Positions 58,941 to 64,000 of a DNA stretch of 64,000 bases are shown here, in pieces. The DNA lies in assembly GCA_048940925.1 (NCBI GenBank), contig JBHLOC010000020.1, positions 1-64,000 of the forward strand, given 5' to 3'. Each line of letters opens with the position of its first letter. The stretch's first letter is position 1. Below the pieces are notes generated by a model. The model saw only the letters and a program-made list of their open reading frames with translations. It was not told where the DNA came from and made no database searches. A program made the position numbers and the translations under genes. Source of the stretch: Promethearchaeota archaeon. GTDB lineage: Archaea; Asgardarchaeota; Lokiarchaeia; Sigyniarchaeales; SOKP01.

Positions 58941-59540
58941 ATGAAGCAAAATAAGAAAAAAGTAAAGATTAAAAACCTAAAAACTGATATTAACAACTTT
59001 TTAACAACAATTATATCATTTATGATTCCAATCTTTCAATATATTCCATGTGCTTCAATTTGGTTTGGTATTATGAGTCTTCCTTTAATTACATATTTTA
59101 CTTATTTTTTAAGTAATCCTCAAATGATAAGATATGATTTTCAATTCTTTTCAAGTTATGGATTACCATGGAGTATTATATCAATATTAGGAGGATTAAT
59201 GTTTATCTCTTCATTAATATATCAGTTAATTCATCGAAAAGAACTCATAAAAAAGGGACCATATAAGTATGTAAGGCATCCTCAATATCTAGGGATAATT
59301 ATTATGACTCTTGGATTAACAATGATTTCTCTAAATACTTCACCTGTTTTTCCATTTCTAAATGAATTCACTAATAATCATTCCCTCTTAGTATTAATAT
59401 GGTTTATTGAAGTAATTGCTTATGTTATATTAGCTAAAATAGAAGATTTTGCCTTAAAAGCTAAATATGGTGATGAATTTTTAGATTATATAAAAAATGT
59501 ACCATTTTTGTTTCCATCTATAAAATTAAAGAGAAATTAA
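58941..59540 (+). CDS. ICMT/PEMT-family membrane methyltransferase
   Basis: GPYKYVRHPQYLG, IED..L..KYG..F..Y..NVP. Confidence 0.85.
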   Translation: MKQNKKKVKIKNLKTDINNFLTTIISFMIPIFQYIPCASIWFGIMSLPLITYFTYFLSNPQMIRYDFQFFSSYGLPWSIISILGGLMFISSLIYQLIHRKELIKKGPYKYVRHPQYLGIIIMTLGLTMISLNTSPVFPFLNEFTNNHSLLVLIWFIEVIAYVILAKIEDFALKAKYGDEFLDYIKNVPFLFPSIKLKRN

Positions 59541-59547
59541 ATTAGCA

Positions 59548-60261
59548 ATGAAGAATGAGTTTCTTAGAAAAATCAATTACTTTTATGTGTTAAAATCCTT
59601 ATTAATAATTTTTTCTTTAATTTTATTACTAGTTATATTAGTTCAGATAATTGATTTATATGAAGAACCTACTTTTTCTAGAAGAACAAACATTGAATCA
59701 ATTATCTTTTTTCTTTTAATTACAACGATTTTATTAATATCCACATTAACTGCACTTACATTAAAAGAATATAGAAGTTATATTTCAAGAAAAAGTCATA
59801 TTCAAAAAGGAAATTCCTATTTAGATATAACTGATATTTTTGAAAATGAAAACCGTTTAAATATAATAAATCAAATTCTGAGGAATCCAGGCATACATCA
59901 TAATGAATTACTACGAAACTGTGATTTACAAAAAGGACAATTGCAATGGCATTTAGAGGTTCTATTAAAATATAATATTATTAAAAAGGAGAAATATGGG
60001 CAGTATACAATTTATTTTCCAATTACAACATCATTTGATGCAGAGGATTATTTAGAAAATCTATTAGCAAAATCTAAAACAACTTCACAAATTCTAACTA
60101 TTATTAAAGAAAACCCAGGTATTAATTCTTCTGAAATATCTCGAATTCTGAATCTTTCTCGTAATACAATAAAATATCATATTGATAAATTATTAAAGGA
60201 TAAGAGGGTATCTTTAATTAAAAAAGGTCGTAAAATAGAATTACATCCCATTTTGAATTGA
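59548..60261 (+). CDS. membrane-anchored double winged-helix regulator
   Basis: Two TMs, then NPGIHHNEL..QWHL and NPGI.SSEISR..IKYHI repeats. Confidence 0.82.
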   Translation: MKNEFLRKINYFYVLKSLLIIFSLILLLVILVQIIDLYEEPTFSRRTNIESIIFFLLITTILLISTLTALTLKEYRSYISRKSHIQKGNSYLDITDIFENENRLNIINQILRNPGIHHNELLRNCDLQKGQLQWHLEVLLKYNIIKKEKYGQYTIYFPITTSFDAEDYLENLLAKSKTTSQILTIIKENPGINSSEISRILNLSRNTIKYHIDKLLKDKRVSLIKKGRKIELHPILN

Positions 60262-60299
60262 TTTGTAAATCTATTTTTGGTAATTAAATTTAACTTTGA

Positions 60300-60431
60300 C
60301 TGAGAGATATATTAATGGAAAACTTAGGAATTTAAACACTTATTATTGAATTTGATGTAGGAAGTGATAGAGCAACCTCTATTAAGAATATGAAAGAAAA
60401 GATAATTATGTTTACTCAAACTGCACTCTAA
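60300..60431 (+). pseudogene. remnant C-terminus of a 2-hydroxyacyl-CoA dehydratase-family gene
   Basis: LRDILMENLGI*TLIIEFDVGSDRATSIKNMKEKIIMFTQTAL* resembles the family tail (BzdN here: [18 protein letters not shown]). Confidence 0.55.
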
Positions 60432-60478
60432 ACAATTCAAAAGAGTAAAAATAGAAAATCAAAAGTAGGTTTTATTTC

Positions 60479-61522
60479 TTATTTTATCATAGCATGACTC
60501 TTTTTGATTACAATTTCTGCTTTTTTTATTATTCTTTCAATTATGTCGTTGACATCATCAATACTATCAATAATTCCAATTGATTGACCAAGTAATACTG
60601 CTCCCGTTTCGATATCGCCTTCATATACTCTATCATAAGCGCCTAAATCATGTACTCGTTGCTCAGGAGTTACAGATCGTTCATATTCTAACATCTCCTC
60701 TTTGCTGCTTGGTGCTGGATGTTCTAAAGCATATTTATTTTTGTATAAACGAATAGGGCCAAATGCTCCTGTGTAAAGTCCTGTATCTTGTGGTTTACCT
60801 GGGGGTACTAAAGCTTTATATTTCTCATGAAATTCACTCTGTTTTGAGGCTATAAATCGAGAACCCATGGCTATTGCTCCTGCTCCTAATGATAAAGCTG
60901 CTGCTAGACCTTCACCAGTTGCAAAGCCACCACATGCTATCTTAGGTAAATCAGGAAATGCATTATTAATTTGCTGGAGTAAAACGAGTGTAGTAACTCT
61001 CTCAAAAGATTGATGACCACCTCCTTCAGTACCAGTAACTACTAATCCATCCACTCCTGAGTCTATGCATTTTTGGGCTAACCAAACGGCTGGGGCTACA
61101 TGAAAGTGTTTAACTTCCGAATTTTTTCGTAATTCTTGGAATGATTTAGATTCTGGAAGTAATTTTGAAGTCCCTGCTGAAGTTAGCCAATACTTACATT
61201 GATCACGCATTTTAGGATTATTCATGACCATTCTAGGTAAAAACCTAACCATTTGTCTTACTCCTCGATTATTACGGGAGGTAAGGATATTCAATCCAAA
61301 GGGCTTATCAGTATGTTCGACCATATATTCTAAGCTTTTCTTATGTTCATCAACAGGATCCGTACCCACAATATTAACATTTGATAATACACCCAAACCA
61401 CCCGCTTCGCTAACAGCAAGAGCCAGCTCACGTGTGAAAAAAGGACCCATGGGGGCACTAAAAATTGGATGCTTTAATCCAAACATCCTTGTTATATTTG
61501 TTTCTATCATTTTCTTAATCAC
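60479..61522 (-). CDS. nitronate monooxygenase/FabK-like flavin enoyl reductase
   Basis: APMG, AVSEAGGLG, GTEGGGH, ACGG, MGSRF, GQSIG. Confidence 0.9.
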   Translation of the reverse strand: MIKKMIETNITRMFGLKHPIFSAPMGPFFTRELALAVSEAGGLGVLSNVNIVGTDPVDEHKKSLEYMVEHTDKPFGLNILTSRNNRGVRQMVRFLPRMVMNNPKMRDQCKYWLTSAGTSKLLPESKSFQELRKNSEVKHFHVAPAVWLAQKCIDSGVDGLVVTGTEGGGHQSFERVTTLVLLQQINNAFPDLPKIACGGFATGEGLAAALSLGAGAIAMGSRFIASKQSEFHEKYKALVPPGKPQDTGLYTGAFGPIRLYKNKYALEHPAPSSKEEMLEYERSVTPEQRVHDLGAYDRVYEGDIETGAVLLGQSIGIIDSIDDVNDIIERIIKKAEIVIKKSHAMIK

Positions 61523-61656
61523 CTTTATTTAAATAAATTTGTAGAGTTTTTATGTTTTTTTAAAAATTAAAAAAATGAAAATTATTTAATTTCTATTATC
61601 TAATAAATTTAATATTAAAGATTTCAAAATAATATATTTTAAAAGGTGAAAATATA

Positions 61657-63132
61657 ATGAACAATAGTGAAATTTTGTCCGAACTAACTAAAATTGTCGG
61701 AGATCGAAATGTATCTGATGAACCAGAAATACAATTCTTATATCATTATGATTTTATAACTGCAGAACCGGAAGGACAATGTGATATTGCGATTATGCCA
61801 GAAGAGGCTGAAGAGGTTCAGGAAATCATAAAAATTGCGAATAAACATAAAATCCCTGTTGTTCCATGGGTTTCAGGGATTAATTTTGGTTCGATTGCCA
61901 CACCTAGAAAAGGAGGTATTGTTGTAGATTTGCGACGCATGAATCGCGTGCTTGAAGTAAATGAAGATGATATGTACGCCGTAATTGAGGGTGGAACGAC
62001 ATGGGCCGATCTAAAAGGATATCTTGATAAACATCATCCAAATTTGAGGGCAGGAGTGACTTTTTCACCTCCAGGAACAGGTGTAGTTCCTTCTTGTTTA
62101 TGCTATGGAATGTTTGATCTTGGGATGATAGGGGGAACTGGAGCAGAATTTCTTAATGGATTAGAAGCTGTGTTAGGTTCTGGAGAATTAGTTAGAGTAG
62201 GATCTTGTAGTATTTCAAATAAATGGTATGGTCGACAACCATTACCAGATCTAGCAGGTTTGTTTATTGGATGGGAGGGCACTACTGGGATAGTAACCAA
62301 AGCAGCTGTAAAATTATGGCCTAAATTACCATATAGAGAAGACTTCGCAATTTTGGCCCAAACTGTTGATCAAGGAGTTACCTTATTTCAAAAACTTTCG
62401 AAAGCAGGATTAGGTATTGTTGATTTAGTTTTTCTAAACATGGGATGGTGTCAAGCAATTCAAGGATTTGATGAGAAAAGTGTAGCTGTGGATCCAATAG
62501 AACTAGGTTTACCCGATTTCATTGGCTTAATTACAACGCAAGCTTATACAGAAGAACAACATAAAGCCCAATGTAATGCAATAAAAGTAATAAGTATTGA
62601 ATTCGATATTGAACCCACCACTGCAAAGGGTTTTTTAGAGTCATTTCCAAGTGATATGAGAGGTGGTTTTTTAGATATATTTCCTGATTATGGAGGTTAT
62701 ACACCTTTTCAAGCATGGGGTTGCTGGAATTTCGCTCGTGGTGGCGGTGGTGAATGGATTGGATCCTATTGTTCAATAAGTGATATCGCAAGATATTATA
62801 ATATAGCAAGAGAAATAACTCTTAAATACAATAAACCACCTCAATTTTATAGCAGAATTATGTTTGGTGGTCATTATTGCGTTGCTCGGGCAAATTTATG
62901 TTTTAATAAAAACGATCCAGAAGATATCAAAAAAGCAAGAATTATTTTAAAAGAAATTTTTGACGCTGTTCACAAACTAGATGGAGTTATCATGTATAAG
63001 CCCCCAATGTGGGTGGTTGAAAGCCATAAAAGCAAAACATTACCTGCTACAACTGAATTAATTAAAAAAATAAAAAAATTACTTGATCCTAATAATATAA
63101 TGAATCCAGGACAAGGAATTGAGGGAGATTAA
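61657..63132 (+). CDS. FAD-binding oxidoreductase (GlcD/VAO-PCMH type)
   Basis: VDLRRMNRVLEV, GLEAVL.SG, GWEGTTGIVTK, DPNNIMNPG. Confidence 0.88.
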   Translation: MNNSEILSELTKIVGDRNVSDEPEIQFLYHYDFITAEPEGQCDIAIMPEEAEEVQEIIKIANKHKIPVVPWVSGINFGSIATPRKGGIVVDLRRMNRVLEVNEDDMYAVIEGGTTWADLKGYLDKHHPNLRAGVTFSPPGTGVVPSCLCYGMFDLGMIGGTGAEFLNGLEAVLGSGELVRVGSCSISNKWYGRQPLPDLAGLFIGWEGTTGIVTKAAVKLWPKLPYREDFAILAQTVDQGVTLFQKLSKAGLGIVDLVFLNMGWCQAIQGFDEKSVAVDPIELGLPDFIGLITTQAYTEEQHKAQCNAIKVISIEFDIEPTTAKGFLESFPSDMRGGFLDIFPDYGGYTPFQAWGCWNFARGGGGEWIGSYCSISDIARYYNIAREITLKYNKPPQFYSRIMFGGHYCVARANLCFNKNDPEDIKKARIILKEIFDAVHKLDGVIMYKPPMWVVESHKSKTLPATTELIKKIKKLLDPNNIMNPGQGIEGD

Positions 63133-63133
63133 T

Positions 63134-64000
63134 ATGTTTGATGAAAAAAATATTATTTATTTAAATGATAAAGGCATTTCTAAACTAACGCATATCCCAG
63201 ATCAGCAAATTCTTGAAAGAAATAAAGATTTAGAATATTATAGTGAAATTTTATACCAATGTGGGAAATGTGGTACCTGTAGAACTGCTTATCATAAAGA
63301 AGAATGGCCTCGTGTGTGTCCCTCTGGAGATTTTGGAAATTTTGAAGCATATTATCTTGGTGGAAAGAATCTTCTTACTTGGGCTATCATGACGGATCGC
63401 CTTAAATGGACTGAGAACTTAGCAAATATATTTTATCAATGTTCAGTATGCTTAGCATGCACCCAGCAATGTCAGATCCCTGAAATTCATTACTTCGCTG
63501 GAGAATGGTTGATGGCAATGAGAGAACAAGCAGTTCAAAAAGGATTAGGTCCAATGTCAGAACAAAGGAGATATTCTGAACATGTTTTATCAGAATATAA
63601 CCCTTATATGGAAAAACATATAGATCGCAAAAACTGGTTAACACCAAATATAAAACAAAATCAAAGCGCAAAGTTGGCTTATTTCGTTGGATGTACTACA
63701 AGTTATAGAGAACAAGATATAGCTAAAGCTACAGCTGAAATATTAAATTCACTTAAGGTCGATTTTAAAATACTAAAAGAAGAACATTGTTGTGGATCTC
63801 CAGTGTATATGACAGGACAAACAGAAAAGGCAAAATGTATCGCCGAAACAAATTTAGCGATTTTTAAAGACGAAGGTATTGAAAAGATTATAACTTCTTG
63901 TGCTGGATGCTACCGAACATTAAAAGAGACATACCCTAAGAAATTTGGAATTGAACATGGAATCGAAGTAGTGCACCTACCTGAATTTTTATTACAACAA
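63134..64000 (+). CDS. HdrD/GlcF-like Fe-S oxidoreductase, runs off window end (not in ORF track)
   Basis: ATG 63134; QCGKCGTC..VCP, QCSVCLACTQQC, YFVGC, HCCG, TSCAGC. Confidence 0.88.
   Translation, partial: MFDEKNIIYLNDKGISKLTHIPDQQILERNKDLEYYSEILYQCGKCGTCRTAYHKEEWPRVCPSGDFGNFEAYYLGGKNLLTWAIMTDRLKWTENLANIFYQCSVCLACTQQCQIPEIHYFAGEWLMAMREQAVQKGLGPMSEQRRYSEHVLSEYNPYMEKHIDRKNWLTPNIKQNQSAKLAYFVGCTTSYREQDIAKATAEILNSLKVDFKILKEEHCCGSPVYMTGQTEKAKCIAETNLAIFKDEGIEKIITSCAGCYRTLKETYPKKFGIEHGIEVVHLPEFLLQQ

Noticed and set aside
164-63671. Short antisense or overlapping ORFs in the track (e.g. 164-376, 8189-8431, 22218-22502, 36924-37196, 54637-54948, 61224-61532, 63402-63671)
   Set aside because: Shadows of well-supported genes, with no motifs of their own
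1-64000. CRISPR arrays, tRNA/rRNA genes, intact IS or integrase
   Set aside because: No spaced direct repeats, no GC-rich structural RNA segments and no transposase or integrase ORF seen by eye

Overview
AT-rich archaeal window, most likely from an Asgard archaeon of Lokiarchaeia type. This is inferred from composition, GGTGA/GAGGTG ribosome-binding sites, a ubiquitin-fold small protein and the gene families present; there is no marker gene here. The core is a complete anaerobic benzoyl-CoA ring-reduction and cleavage cluster on the minus strand (oah-dch-had-bzdN-O-P-Q-M-V plus an acyl-CoA ligase). It is flanked by a CoA-ligase/thiolase/2-hydroxyacyl-CoA dehydratase unit, a tungsten AOR unit, an ETF/acyl-CoA dehydrogenase unit and a B12-dependent acyl-CoA mutase unit. 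Main observations: (1) the mutase large-subunit gene is interrupted by a 31-nt insert that folds into an archaeal bulge-helix-bulge splice motif, and the predicted splice restores both the frame and the conserved G-x-G-T-x-E-E-T-N motif, making it a candidate mRNA intron; (2) three otherwise intact genes (bzdP, dch, aor) have no ATG/GTG/TTG ahead of their conserved N-termini and appear to start at ATA or ACG; (3) one 18-bp palindrome (RTGGG-N8-CCCAY) precedes three of the catabolic units, suggesting a regulon; (4) several intergenic spacers are decayed gene remnants. I recognised no rRNA, tRNA, CRISPR array or intact transposase.
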